DNA from: Candidatus Altiarchaeales archaeon
GTDB lineage: Archaea; Altiarchaeota; Altiarchaeia; IMC4; SCGC-AAA252-I15
Direction of reading: 5' to 3'
DNA length: 33,167 nt
Assembly (NCBI GenBank): GCA_014727915.1
Contig: WJMO01000013.1
Location: 1-33,167, forward strand
In this document: piece by piece, positions 7,615 through 17,156 of the stretch
Position numbering within the stretch: the stretch's first letter is position 1
How the letters are laid out: each line of letters opens with the position of its first letter
Program-made: the position numbers and the translations under genes
Notes under the pieces: generated by a model
Seen by the model: the letters and a program-made list of their open reading frames with translations, nothing else
Database searches by the model: none
Told to the model about the DNA's origin: nothing

Positions 7615-9396
7615 ATGTGCGGGATAGCTGGCGAGTTCAGGTTCGACGGTGAAAGGCCCACACTTGAGACACTTCAGTCCATAAATGATATGCAGAAGTG
7701 CAGGGGCCCCGACGACGAAGGCATCGTAAACGACGGGGAATTCGCGTTCGCCCACACCCGACTGTCCATAATCGACCTCAGCAAGAGGTCGAGCCAGCCA
7801 ATGACCGACTCCGACAACGGGCTTGCGATAACATACAACGGGGAAGTCTACAATTACCGGGAAGTTAGGAAGAAGCTGGCTAAGAACGGTCACACCTTCA
7901 AATCCGACGGAGACGCGGAGGTGGTCCTCAAAGGCTATGCCCAATGGGGTCCCAGGGTACTATCCAACCTGAACGGGATGTTCGCCTTCGCCATCTACGA
8001 CTTCCGGAAGAAGAGGCTTTTCATGGCCAGGGACCGGCTCGGAATAAAACCGCTCTACTACCACATCAACGGCGATAGATTGAGGTTCGCCTCCACCCTA
8101 CCCGCTCTCCTCGAATACGACGACATCAAACCCGAGGTGAACCGTGAGGCCCTGAACTACTATCTCACATTCCACTCCGTAGTTCCAGCCCCCCACACGA
8201 TAATAGAAGGCATAAGGAAGCTGCCCAACGCATCCCACATGTTGGTGTGCAAGGACGGCAGCCACGAGGTAAAAAGGTATTGGAGCCTCGAATATAACCG
8301 GAAGAAATACGAACCCTCAGATGTCGAAGCCTGCAAGAAAGCGCTCCATAAGCTGCTCGCGAAATCGGTTAAGAGGCGCATGGTATCCGACGTACCCGTG
8401 GGGGTCCTATTGTCCGGGGGCCTTGATTCGAGCCTGATAACAGGCATGCTCTCGAAAAAGGGGCAGAAGGGCTTGAAGACGTTCTCCATCGGATTCGAGG
8501 ATGTTGAGGGGGAGAAGGGCAACGAGTTCATGTACTCGGACATCATCGCGGAAGAGTTCGGCACCGACCACACGAAGATACAGGTCAAGTCGGATAAGGC
8601 CCTGTCCCATATGCGCCCGTGCGTGAAGGCCATGAGCGAGCCGATGGTAAGCCATGATGTGATAGGCTTCTACCTGCTTTCAGAGGAGGTCTCAAAGCAT
8701 GTTAAGGTGGTGCAGAGCGGCCAGGGCGCGGACGAGATATTCGCAGGCTACCACTGGTACCCACCCCTCGCAGAGACCATCAACCCCGTCCAAGACTATG
8801 GACGACTGTTCTTTGACCGCGACTTCACCGAGTACAAACAGACAGTCGATGAGTCGATGGTCGAGGCGGACTACGCAACCCAGTTCTTGGAATCACATTT
8901 CTCAAAGAAAGGCGCTGATAGGAACATCGACAAGGTCTTCAGGTTGGACACCGAGGTCATGCTAGTGGAAGACCCTGTGAAGAGGGTTGACAACATGACA
9001 ATGGCATGGGGGCTTGAGGCGAGGGTTCCATTCCTCGACCACGAGGTTGTCGAGTTCTCAGCCCGCCTTCCACCCCAGTTGAAGCTGATGGACGGGGGGA
9101 AGGGCATCTTGAAGGCTCTCGCGAGGGACGTAATACCCTCCGAGGTTATCGACCGCCCGAAAGGCTACTTTCCAGTGCCTGGTTTGAAGTATGTCCGTGG
9201 AGAATACCTGGACTACATCCTGGAAGTACTCTCGGACTCTAACGTGAGGGATAGGGGCATATACCAGCCAGCGTACTTGAAGAACATCCTGAAAGACCCT
9301 GACAAGCACATAACACCCTTGAGGGGTTCTAAACTCTGGCAGATGGCTGTCTTGGAGCTTTGGATGCAAGCGCACATTGATGGGTTGAGCAAATGA
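7615..9396 (+). CDS. asnO: N-acetylglutaminylglutamine amidotransferase (asparagine synthase-like)
   Basis: MCGIAG Ntn start, RGPD, RLSIID, NGEVYN, LSGGLDSS, SGQGADE; subfamily-like segments EPMVSHD..GFYLLS, LVEDPVKRVDNMTMAWGLE and TPLRGSKLWQ; adjacent to ngg. Confidence 0.9.
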   Translation: MCGIAGEFRFDGERPTLETLQSINDMQKCRGPDDEGIVNDGEFAFAHTRLSIIDLSKRSSQPMTDSDNGLAITYNGEVYNYREVRKKLAKNGHTFKSDGDAEVVLKGYAQWGPRVLSNLNGMFAFAIYDFRKKRLFMARDRLGIKPLYYHINGDRLRFASTLPALLEYDDIKPEVNREALNYYLTFHSVVPAPHTIIEGIRKLPNASHMLVCKDGSHEVKRYWSLEYNRKKYEPSDVEACKKALHKLLAKSVKRRMVSDVPVGVLLSGGLDSSLITGMLSKKGQKGLKTFSIGFEDVEGEKGNEFMYSDIIAEEFGTDHTKIQVKSDKALSHMRPCVKAMSEPMVSHDVIGFYLLSEEVSKHVKVVQSGQGADEIFAGYHWYPPLAETINPVQDYGRLFFDRDFTEYKQTVDESMVEADYATQFLESHFSKKGADRNIDKVFRLDTEVMLVEDPVKRVDNMTMAWGLEARVPFLDHEVVEFSARLPPQLKLMDGGKGILKALARDVIPSEVIDRPKGYFPVPGLKYVRGEYLDYILEVLSDSNVRDRGIYQPAYLKNILKDPDKHITPLRGSKLWQMAVLELWMQAHIDGLSK

Positions 9397-11099
9397 AAAA
9401 GATAGAGCGCATAGTCCCGGAGACGTTGAGGAGCTGGGAGAATCCCACGGGCAAGATAGCCAAGAAGTTAAGGCCAAACAGCTTCGTTGACTGCGGTTGG
9501 GGGAGGCTCATATTCGGCCACACGTTCAAGAGCAATAAACGCCTCACGAAACTGCTTTCAGAGGAGGCAGATGACAAGAGGGACATAGCCTTCTACATAC
9601 CCAACCCCCACGTGCTCGTGTCCCTCAGGCCCAACAGGATATTCCTCGATCCATCCCACACCTACAGGATATGGCTTGAAGACAGGGAACCGGAGAATCT
9701 CGACATGGGCGATATAACGGTCAGGAAGGCTAGGCCATCCGATGAGGGCGAGATAAACAGGATCTACTCCGAGCGCCATATGGTCAAGGTTGACCCGGGA
9801 TTCATCAAAGAAAATTCCGAATCTGATAAACTATCGTATTTCATCGCCGAATACGCCAGCACCAAGGAGGTACTTGGCGTGGCTCTCGGAGTCGACCATG
9901 TCATGTGCTTCAACGACCCGGAGAACGGTTCCAGCCTTTGGAGCCTCGCTGTCAGCCCCCAGGTGAACATACCCAAGGTGGGGGAATGCCTGGTGAAATA
10001 CCTTATAAACCATTTCTCACGTATGGGTCGCAGCTTCATGGATGTGTCTGTGATGCACGATAACGCCCCTGCCATATCACTCTACGAGAAGCTGGCCTTC
10101 TACAGGGTGCCAGTGTATTGTGTTAAGAACAAGAACCCCATAAACGAGCCATTGTTCATATCCCCCGAGTTGGAGGCGGACTTGAACATCTACGCGAAGA
10201 TAATAGTCGACGAAGCCAGGAAACGCGGCATCGACGTTAACGTCCTGGACGCCAAGAACGGATATTTCGAGATGGTGTTCGGCGGGAAGGCCATAGTCTG
10301 CCGTGAGTCCCTCTCCCAGCTGACCGACGCGGTAGCCATGAGCCGCTGCGACGACAAGCACGTGACGAGCAAGCTCCTGGGGAAGAACGGCGTTGACGTC
10401 CCCGCACATGTCCTGGGAGACAGCCCGGAACTGGAGGATTTCCTGAGGTCACATGCCCGGTTCGTCGTAAAGCCCAGGAGGGGGGAGCAGGGCCATAAGG
10501 TTATGGTCGACGTCCCGCGGAGGCAGGTACGGAAGAAGATAGAGCAGGTTTCGGACAATCCCGGCGAGGTGATGGTCGAGGAGTTCATATCAGGAACCGA
10601 CCTCCGGATCGTCGTCATCGACTTCAAAGTGGTTGCCGCGGCCACCAGGGTTCCGCCTAAGATCCGCGCCGACGGAAAGCACACTGTAAGGGAGCTGATA
10701 GACAATCTGAGCAGGAGGAGGATGTCCGCCACCTCAGGCGAGAGCAGCATACCCGTTGACGGCGAGACCAGAAGATGCCTCAAAGAACAGGGTTACAGCC
10801 TGAAGGACATACCTAAGTCCGGCGTTTCGATAGTGCTCCGGAAGACCGCCAACCTCCACACAGGCGGCACCATAAAGGACGTCACCGACAAGGTCAGCCC
10901 GGAGGTCAGGGAGGCCGCGGTCAAAGCAGCGAAAACCCTGAACATACCAGTCGTCGGCTTGGACTTCATCGTGCCGAAGGTGACGAGCAGCAGATACGCC
11001 ATCATAGAAGCTAACGAGCGCGTGGGTTTGGCGAACCACGAGCCCCAGCCGACAGCGGAGAAGTTCATAGACCTCCTATTCCCCCAGACGAGGAAGTAG
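9393..11099 (+). CDS. ngg: N-acetylglutaminylglutamine synthetase (GNAT plus ATP-grasp)
   Basis: DCGWGRLIFGHTF, FLDPSHTYR, DPENGSSLWSLAV, D.SVMHDN..AI.LYEKL, KN.INEPLF; cyanophycin synthetase-like ATP-grasp (KP..GEQG, ANLHTGG, IEANER.GLANHEPQPTAE). Confidence 0.93.
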   Translation: MKKIERIVPETLRSWENPTGKIAKKLRPNSFVDCGWGRLIFGHTFKSNKRLTKLLSEEADDKRDIAFYIPNPHVLVSLRPNRIFLDPSHTYRIWLEDREPENLDMGDITVRKARPSDEGEINRIYSERHMVKVDPGFIKENSESDKLSYFIAEYASTKEVLGVALGVDHVMCFNDPENGSSLWSLAVSPQVNIPKVGECLVKYLINHFSRMGRSFMDVSVMHDNAPAISLYEKLAFYRVPVYCVKNKNPINEPLFISPELEADLNIYAKIIVDEARKRGIDVNVLDAKNGYFEMVFGGKAIVCRESLSQLTDAVAMSRCDDKHVTSKLLGKNGVDVPAHVLGDSPELEDFLRSHARFVVKPRRGEQGHKVMVDVPRRQVRKKIEQVSDNPGEVMVEEFISGTDLRIVVIDFKVVAAATRVPPKIRADGKHTVRELIDNLSRRRMSATSGESSIPVDGETRRCLKEQGYSLKDIPKSGVSIVLRKTANLHTGGTIKDVTDKVSPEVREAAVKAAKTLNIPVVGLDFIVPKVTSSRYAIIEANERVGLANHEPQPTAEKFIDLLFPQTRK

Positions 11100-11101
11100 G
11101 T

Positions 11102-12235
11102 TCATTTCCTTGCGTTTTCCAGTCGCTCAATGCTTTCCGCTGTTCCGAATTCGTTGCCGTTGAAGAACTTATCCCTCACAAAATCGTAGGTCTGCAGTGG
11201 CTGGCCTCTTGCTCCTGCCTGGATGACCTGGTCTCTAAGCCTGTCTCCTCTTGCAAGGTAGTAGGCGGAAAAATAGGACATGTCAGCGAGTGGATGGTAT
11301 TCCATGGGTTCTCCCCCGCCGGCGTCCCATCTGACATACCTCTCCCTTCCCGCGTTAACGGCGTCCGCGTAAACTGCAGTGGACACTGCACTGCAGATAT
11401 CTGGTGTTGCGTTGATCTTTCGCGGTCTGCGTCCGCTGACCTTTTCCGCCGCGTTTCCAAGCCACCTTCTCGCATCACCCTGTGACACCCTCAACCCCCT
11501 CAAGCCTATCCAGTCGTCCAACGTGTTCGTGAGACCCTCGTATCCTACTTGCATGTCGGGATTTAGGGTGTATCCAATCGACCCGGTCACTTGGCCTCTG
11601 AAGTACTCGTAGGCAACTTCCATCGGGTCCATGTTCCTCGAGTATATAGTCAGACCCGCTTCCCGTTCAGCGTCCACGAAAGACGAGGGTAGGCTGGCTT
11701 CCTCGAATCCCAGGTGTTCCAGGGCGGGGCGCATCTCCGCGTTCGCCCGGGACCAGAACATGTGAATCCCCTCTCCCTCCAGCTCGCTCATCACACGCCC
11801 AGCCAGTATCGTCCCTCCCCCGTGGGCGGGCCCTCCGAACGACGTTGAAAGGCTTCCCGCGGATTTATAACCAAGGCCAAGCTGCTGTTCCATCGGGTAT
11901 GCTCCAGCCCTTACCCTGGTCAGGTTGTACCCTTCCACCGGAGATTCCTCTCCGGGCTTCATCACCGTTAGCCTGTACGAGTACCCGGCACGGCCTGGGT
12001 CCACACCAACCGCCAGGGAGGATATGATCCCTCTGAGGTCTCCCGTGGCCGGCCCCACAGCCGCAGCCAACTCCATTATCCTGCCAACATCACCTTCCCT
12101 TGCAGGCCCTGTTACGGTCTCCAGGTTCCTGTCCACACGTTTCCTGATCAGAGCATCCAACAGACAGTCCAAGTCTGCCGCAGGCCTTTCAACATGCCTT
12201 TGCGACCCTCCCCTCTCGCCCTTACCATGGGACAT
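11102..12235 (-). CDS. Hypothetical protein with a degenerate central GNAT-like domain
   Basis: 377-aa ORF; HGGGTIL (motif A-like) and ANAEMRPALEHLGF (motif B-like). Confidence 0.55.
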   Translation of the reverse strand: MSHGKGERGGSQRHVERPAADLDCLLDALIRKRVDRNLETVTGPAREGDVGRIMELAAAVGPATGDLRGIISSLAVGVDPGRAGYSYRLTVMKPGEESPVEGYNLTRVRAGAYPMEQQLGLGYKSAGSLSTSFGGPAHGGGTILAGRVMSELEGEGIHMFWSRANAEMRPALEHLGFEEASLPSSFVDAEREAGLTIYSRNMDPMEVAYEYFRGQVTGSIGYTLNPDMQVGYEGLTNTLDDWIGLRGLRVSQGDARRWLGNAAEKVSGRRPRKINATPDICSAVSTAVYADAVNAGRERYVRWDAGGGEPMEYHPLADMSYFSAYYLARGDRLRDQVIQAGARGQPLQTYDFVRDKFFNGNEFGTAESIERLENARK

Positions 12236-12283
12236 AAAGATAATAGGGGATTCCAGGCCATTAAACCATTTTAAGCCAATGTT

Positions 12284-12856
12284 TCACTTGCCTTTTCTGA
12301 GGGTGGCGAGTATGCTTCTTCTCCTCCGGTCCTTTATCATCTCTTCCCTAACGTGCTTGACATCCTCTATGCTGTAGAAGGCTTTCGGGTTGAAATTGTT
12401 TATGATCTCAAGCGCCTCGGGAAGCCTCTTCCGCCTTATAACGGTGAAGGTGAAGGTAGCTGGTCCCTCGTTGCCGTCGGCGTTCACCTGAGTATAGGGG
12501 AACCCAGCCTCTTTAAGGGCGGATCTGAGGTCTTCGGAATCCCTCTGGGTTATTATCTGCAGCACGACCCTGCCCAAAGCTATCTTACCCTCTAGTATCA
12601 TGCCCACGTAGGTGCCGGTCGCGAAGCCCGCCGCATAGGCTAGGTAGTTCAACGGGTTGTCGAGGTTCTGCATTATGTGGGTTATCACCATCAGCCAGAT
12701 CATCACCTCGAAGAAGCTGAGAACAGCCGAGACAATCTTCATACCCCTTGATATGAGTATCAGCTTCACAGTGCCTATGGACACATCCACTATCCTCGCC
12801 AGGAATATCAAACCCGGTATCACTACGAAACCCAAAAAGTCAACGTCCTGCATCAT
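12284..12856 (-). CDS. UPF0316 (DUF5698/DUF2179) membrane protein
   Basis: IFLARIVDVSIGT, FFEV.IW, YAAGFATGTYVG, G..G and PKAFY...D motifs. Confidence 0.9.
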   Translation of the reverse strand: MMQDVDFLGFVVIPGLIFLARIVDVSIGTVKLILISRGMKIVSAVLSFFEVMIWLMVITHIMQNLDNPLNYLAYAAGFATGTYVGMILEGKIALGRVVLQIITQRDSEDLRSALKEAGFPYTQVNADGNEGPATFTFTVIRRKRLPEALEIINNFNPKAFYSIEDVKHVREEMIKDRRRRSILATLRKGK

Positions 12857-12925
12857 CTCTCATAAGTATTCATCTTTCTAGAACAAAAATGTTATGGTCT
12901 GAAGACCGCTATACCCCTGAAAAAG

Positions 12926-13479
12926 TCAGCCTTTGTTTATCTCCTTAAGCATCTCCATGGTCTCTATGAAATCGTCCACTTTTATGATACCCGGTATCTC
13001 GAACACCAGCTTGTCAGAGTCCCGTATTATCTTAACGCTTCCAGACACGGATTTAAGCCTCTCCGCTTGCTCCTCATCGACTTCGAGGTCGTATACGACC
13101 CTTATGGTCCCGGAAGGATAGTATTCAAGCCCAAAGCTATTTCCACCAGGGTATCTCCACTTTTTTCCAAGTTTATGCGCTCGCCATTCAGCGTATAGCT
13201 AAAATGTTCTCCCCTCTCGAAGCCCAGCATCCACAGACTGTTGTCCTGCTTTCCCTTGCTCCTGACCGACGCATACGTTGCTAACCCCATGAAAATCAGA
13301 AAGCCGAAGAGCATGATCTCGATGTAGTCAATCTCCTTAAGCCATGACGGGCCGGTGGCGAGGAAATATATGTTTAGGGCTAATGTGCCGACAAACACTG
13401 ACATCATGATGATTTTCCTGTATGAGGCCCTACTTCTTTCAAAGAAAACCTCCGATATGCTGCTATCCCTCCCGATCAT
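12926..13479 (-). pseudogene. Two-TM membrane protein gene split by a -1 frameshift (about 184 aa if restored)
   Basis: ORF 13102-13479 ends early. The -1 frame is open from about 13198 to TGA at 12926 (PSGTIRVVYDLEVDEEQAERLKSVSGSVKIIRDSDKLVFEIPG...) with no start codon in its 5' part. An A6 run lies at 13161-13166. Confidence 0.65.
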
Positions 13480-13567
13480 ACAGTTTAACCTATTATCCCT
13501 GTACGTTAATTAACTGCAGATGCCTCCTCCCGGTTCGATAATCGATATACGGCTCCCCTGCAACTCT

Positions 13568-15040
13568 TCAGTTGATGTATCCGAGCGATTTCAGATCTTC
13601 AGCGGTCTCAGCGCCGTATTGTACGACCTTCCGATCTCGGTCGTACGGCCTGTACTCTTCTTCCAGGAACCTGTCCATAAGGGGCTTGAGGTACATGCCC
13701 TCCGTTGGCATCCCGTATATGTTCCTCGCCTCCCCAGGGTCGTTCTTGAGGTCGTATAATTCGTATTCGCCGCCGGTCATGATCTGCCGGTCTATCTCAT
13801 CCGGGACTTTTATTAGCTTCCACCGGCCGTCGGTGAGTATCTTCTGGTAGTCTATCGCGTAGCCTGCGCTCGAGAATACCACCCGGTCCTCCTCCTTCCC
13901 CAGCATCAGGGGCTTCAGGCTTTCTCCGTCGCTGGGGTATTCCAAACCCAACATATCCAAGAGCGTGGGAAACACGTCTATCAGGTTGACGGCGGATTTC
14001 ACACGCCTGCCCTTGAGGCGGGGGTGGTATATCATCAGCGGAACCTTCAATGATGGGTTGTAGGCCAGCCTCCCATGTTGGAAGTATGAGCTGTGTTCGC
14101 CCAGGTCCTCCCCGTGGTCCGCCCAGATAACGATGATCGAGTTCTCCATCAGGCCCATCTCCCCTATCTCATCCAATAGCACCCCGATCTGGTCGTCGGT
14201 CTTCCTGACTTCCCCGTCGTATCGTGCGATGTAATCGCCCAAGACCTTTGTCTTCCCTGACACGACGGTGCATGTGACGTCCGGGCTGTTTATGGAACCC
14301 TTCCTCTGCTTCTCATAATCGTTCGGCCAACCGCCGCTTACCAGTTGGAGGCTGAACCTCTTGTCCTTGGGGCAGATCTTGACCTCTATGCTGCCGTTAT
14401 AGTGCCTGTCGTTCATGTACATCGTCTGGTATTCTCCGCCCGGGCTGTAGGGCGTGTGCGGGTCTATGTAGTGGACCCAGTAGAGGAACCTCCCGCCATC
14501 GAGTCTTTTGAGGTCCTTCACGGCGTATTTTGTGGCTCCCCTGGCGTTATAGCCCCTGGTGAGAAGGAAGTCGAATCCCTGGTCCAGGTTGCTCATGTTC
14601 CCTGCGCTGGGATTCGTCACCAGCCCCCCAGTACTGTAGCCCTGTGCCTTCAGTATCTCCGGCAGCAGCACCAGGTCCTCGTCAAGCCACTGATACAGTG
14701 TTATGCGCTCTATACCCGTCTTATAAGGGTGCAATCCCGTGAAGAAGGATGCGAAGCTGGGCGTGGTCTTCGGCCAGGGAGTGTATGCGTTCTCGAACAG
14801 GACGGCCTTCTCGCTGAAACCGTCCAGGTAGGGGGTGGTATCCCTCCCATAACCATACATGCCCATGTGATCCGCCCGCAGAGCATCCACTGATATGAGT
14901 ATGACATTGCAGTCCTGGCAGGAGTAGTCTGCGTACCCCATCAAGTACCCGATCTCACCCCAGTTGAGCTTCAAAAAAACCGCAAGTAAGACTGCAAGCC
15001 CACATGCCAGCAGGATCCTCACCCTAAGCTTCTTTTCCAC
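13568..15040 (-). CDS. Membrane-anchored sulfatase-like hydrolase/transferase (alkaline phosphatase superfamily)
   Basis: N-terminal TM; NVILISVDALRADH, TP.LD, PKTTPSFASFFTG, HYIDPH.PY, YDGEV..D, ADHGE, VPL and ELYDL..DPGE motifs. Confidence 0.88.
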   Translation of the reverse strand: MEKKLRVRILLACGLAVLLAVFLKLNWGEIGYLMGYADYSCQDCNVILISVDALRADHMGMYGYGRDTTPYLDGFSEKAVLFENAYTPWPKTTPSFASFFTGLHPYKTGIERITLYQWLDEDLVLLPEILKAQGYSTGGLVTNPSAGNMSNLDQGFDFLLTRGYNARGATKYAVKDLKRLDGGRFLYWVHYIDPHTPYSPGGEYQTMYMNDRHYNGSIEVKICPKDKRFSLQLVSGGWPNDYEKQRKGSINSPDVTCTVVSGKTKVLGDYIARYDGEVRKTDDQIGVLLDEIGEMGLMENSIIVIWADHGEDLGEHSSYFQHGRLAYNPSLKVPLMIYHPRLKGRRVKSAVNLIDVFPTLLDMLGLEYPSDGESLKPLMLGKEEDRVVFSSAGYAIDYQKILTDGRWKLIKVPDEIDRQIMTGGEYELYDLKNDPGEARNIYGMPTEGMYLKPLMDRFLEEEYRPYDRDRKVVQYGAETAEDLKSLGYIN

Positions 15041-15082
15041 GTCATATGTATTCGTTTAAGGAGTAAAATAATCCCCTGAACC

Positions 15083-16480
15083 TCATGTCCTTTCAGCCAC
15101 TGTCGTCCCGTCCTTCCTGTCAACAACCCGTATGCCCCTCTCCAGCAGCAGGTCCCTTATCCTGTCAGCTTCAACATAGTTCTTCTCCCTTCGATGCCTG
15201 TTCCTCTCCTCCATTAGATATCTCTCATCATCTTTTAGTGTGACTGTGTCGTATTCCACGTCCAACCCTGTAACAGACATCAGCTCGTCGAATATGCGGA
15301 TGGAATTTTCGATGGACTTCCTGGACTGGCCTCCACCTTCCAAGAGCGTGTTTATGTCCCGCAAGGTTTCGAACACCGCTGCCATCGCCTGTGGCGTGTT
15401 GAAATCATTGTCCATGTGGCTGATGAAATTCTCTCTCAGCTCCTCCGACATCTTTCCCGCGCTGTTGCCTCCGTCCTCGCCGGCGTCATCCAGATTCTCC
15501 CCCAATTTTTTCCTGTAGTTCCTGAGCCTCGCCACTGCCTGCTCCGCGCTCGCAATGTTGTCTTCGCTGTAGTCGACGGGGCTACGGTAGTGCGTCTGCA
15601 ATATGAACAGCCTGAGCGCGTCCCTGCTGTGGAACTTGAGGAATTCCCTGACTGGGAGTATGTTGCCGAGGCTCTTGCTCATCTTCTCCCCGGAGGACTG
15701 GAGGAACCCGGTGTGCAGCCAGTACCTGACAAAGGGTTTTCCACCCGTCAACGACTCGCTCTGGGCTATCTCGTTCTCGTGGTGTGGGAATATGAGGTCC
15801 AACGCCCCGCCGTGGATGTCTATCCTGTCACCCAGGCACTTCCTAGACATGGCCGAGCATTCGATGTGCCAACCCGGACGACCCCGCCCCCAGGGACTTT
15901 CAAAACCGGGTTCATCCTCTCCCACGCTCTTCCACAGTGCGAAGTCCACCGGCGACCTCTTACCCGGGTCGTGTTCTATCCTATGCTCCACCAGCTGCTC
16001 TACATCCTGGTTGGACAGCCTCCCATACTCTGGATGCGATTCCACGCTGAAGTAGACGTCTCCCCCAACCTCATAGGCGCAGCCCTTCCCCACCAATGTC
16101 TCCACCGCCCCAATGATCTCCTCGATGTTCTCCGATACCCTGGGGTAGTCGTCCGCCTCCAATAGCCCCAGCTCACGCCGGTCCTCGGCTGCCCTGTCCG
16201 CGTACATGCTCGCCAGCTCCAGCGGGTCAACCCCTCTCTCGCCTGCCCTCCGGATTATCTTGTCATCCACGTCCGTTATGTTCTGCACATGGGACAACTC
16301 ATACCCCCTGTACTTGAGGTACCTGAATATGACGTCGAAGGCGAGGTAGGTTCTCGCATGCCCTATGTGCATGTCGTCGTAGACGGTCAGCCCGCACACG
16401 TACGCCCTAACCCTACCCTCCTCTAACGGCGTGAACGCCTCCAACTCCCGGGTCAACGTGTTGTAAACCTTCAAGGCCAT
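15083..16480 (-). CDS. cysS: Cysteine--tRNA ligase
   Basis: YVCGLTVYD, HIGH, NITDVDDKII, DFALWK, GRPGWHIEC, DLIFPHHENE and KMSKS motifs. Confidence 0.98.
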   Translation of the reverse strand: MALKVYNTLTRELEAFTPLEEGRVRAYVCGLTVYDDMHIGHARTYLAFDVIFRYLKYRGYELSHVQNITDVDDKIIRRAGERGVDPLELASMYADRAAEDRRELGLLEADDYPRVSENIEEIIGAVETLVGKGCAYEVGGDVYFSVESHPEYGRLSNQDVEQLVEHRIEHDPGKRSPVDFALWKSVGEDEPGFESPWGRGRPGWHIECSAMSRKCLGDRIDIHGGALDLIFPHHENEIAQSESLTGGKPFVRYWLHTGFLQSSGEKMSKSLGNILPVREFLKFHSRDALRLFILQTHYRSPVDYSEDNIASAEQAVARLRNYRKKLGENLDDAGEDGGNSAGKMSEELRENFISHMDNDFNTPQAMAAVFETLRDINTLLEGGGQSRKSIENSIRIFDELMSVTGLDVEYDTVTLKDDERYLMEERNRHRREKNYVEADRIRDLLLERGIRVVDRKDGTTVAERT

Positions 16481-16489
16481 GTTATCTTT

Positions 16490-16563
16490 AGCGAGGGGAG
16501 GGATTCGAACCCTCGAATAACAGCTTTGCAGGCCGCCCCATTAAACCGCTCTGGCACCCTCGC
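16490..16563 (-). tRNA. tRNA-Cys(GCA), intronless, CCA not encoded
   Basis: Acceptor stem GCGAGGG/CCCTCGC, discriminator U73, anticodon arm GCGGC-CTGCAAA-GCTGT, T arm GAGGG-TTCGAAT-CCCTC. Confidence 0.95.
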
Positions 16564-16571
16564 ATAATCTT

Positions 16572-17156
16572 TCATATCATCCACTCCGGCTCCTTGCTGC
16601 ATGCTTCACAGGGGTCTTTGAGCCGCTGGTAGCATCCCTCCATTATCCTCAACCGTCCCTTGGGGCACACTACAGTCGAGTCCTCTGGTATGTCGTCGAC
16701 TATGACCGCCAGCGCCCCAACTTTGGAGTTCTTCTTCACCGTCACAGGACCGAGTATGGTAGCTCCCACACCCACTGTGACGTTGTCCTCTAATGTCGGG
16801 TGTCTTTTCTCCCCTTTCCTGTCCCTCCACCACCCATGACCTCCCAGTGTCACCCCATGGTATAGCATCACGTTGTCGCCTATCTCGGCAGTCTCCCCTA
16901 TCACCACCCCGGTGGCGTGGTCTATGAAGAATCCCTTGCCTATCCTGGCGGCCGGGTGGATTTCCGCCCCCGTGAGGAACCGGCCGAAGTATGATATCGC
17001 CCTGGGTACCACCGGCACACCCATGCTGTGGAGGCCGTGGGCTATCCTGTATAGTAGGATGGCCTGGACCCCTGGGTAAAGCAAGACTTCAACGTAGCCT
17101 AGCCCGCCCTTCAATGCCGGGTCCTTCTCATATGCGGCTTTGACCGTGTCAAGCAT
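16572..17156 (-). CDS. cysE: Serine O-acetyltransferase
   Basis: [44 protein letters not shown] and KRHPTL motifs; GAGGAGG SD before ATG 17156; C-terminal Ile. Confidence 0.95.
   Translation of the reverse strand: MLDTVKAAYEKDPALKGGLGYVEVLLYPGVQAILLYRIAHGLHSMGVPVVPRAISYFGRFLTGAEIHPAARIGKGFFIDHATGVVIGETAEIGDNVMLYHGVTLGGHGWWRDRKGEKRHPTLEDNVTVGVGATILGPVTVKKNSKVGALAVIVDDIPEDSTVVCPKGRLRIMEGCYQRLKDPCEACSKEPEWMI

Noticed and set aside
15416-16165. 249-aa plus-strand ORF and similar long antisense ORFs (10190-10783, 26912-27754, 30534-31337)
   Set aside because: They are shadow frames opposite well-supported genes in GC-rich sequence.
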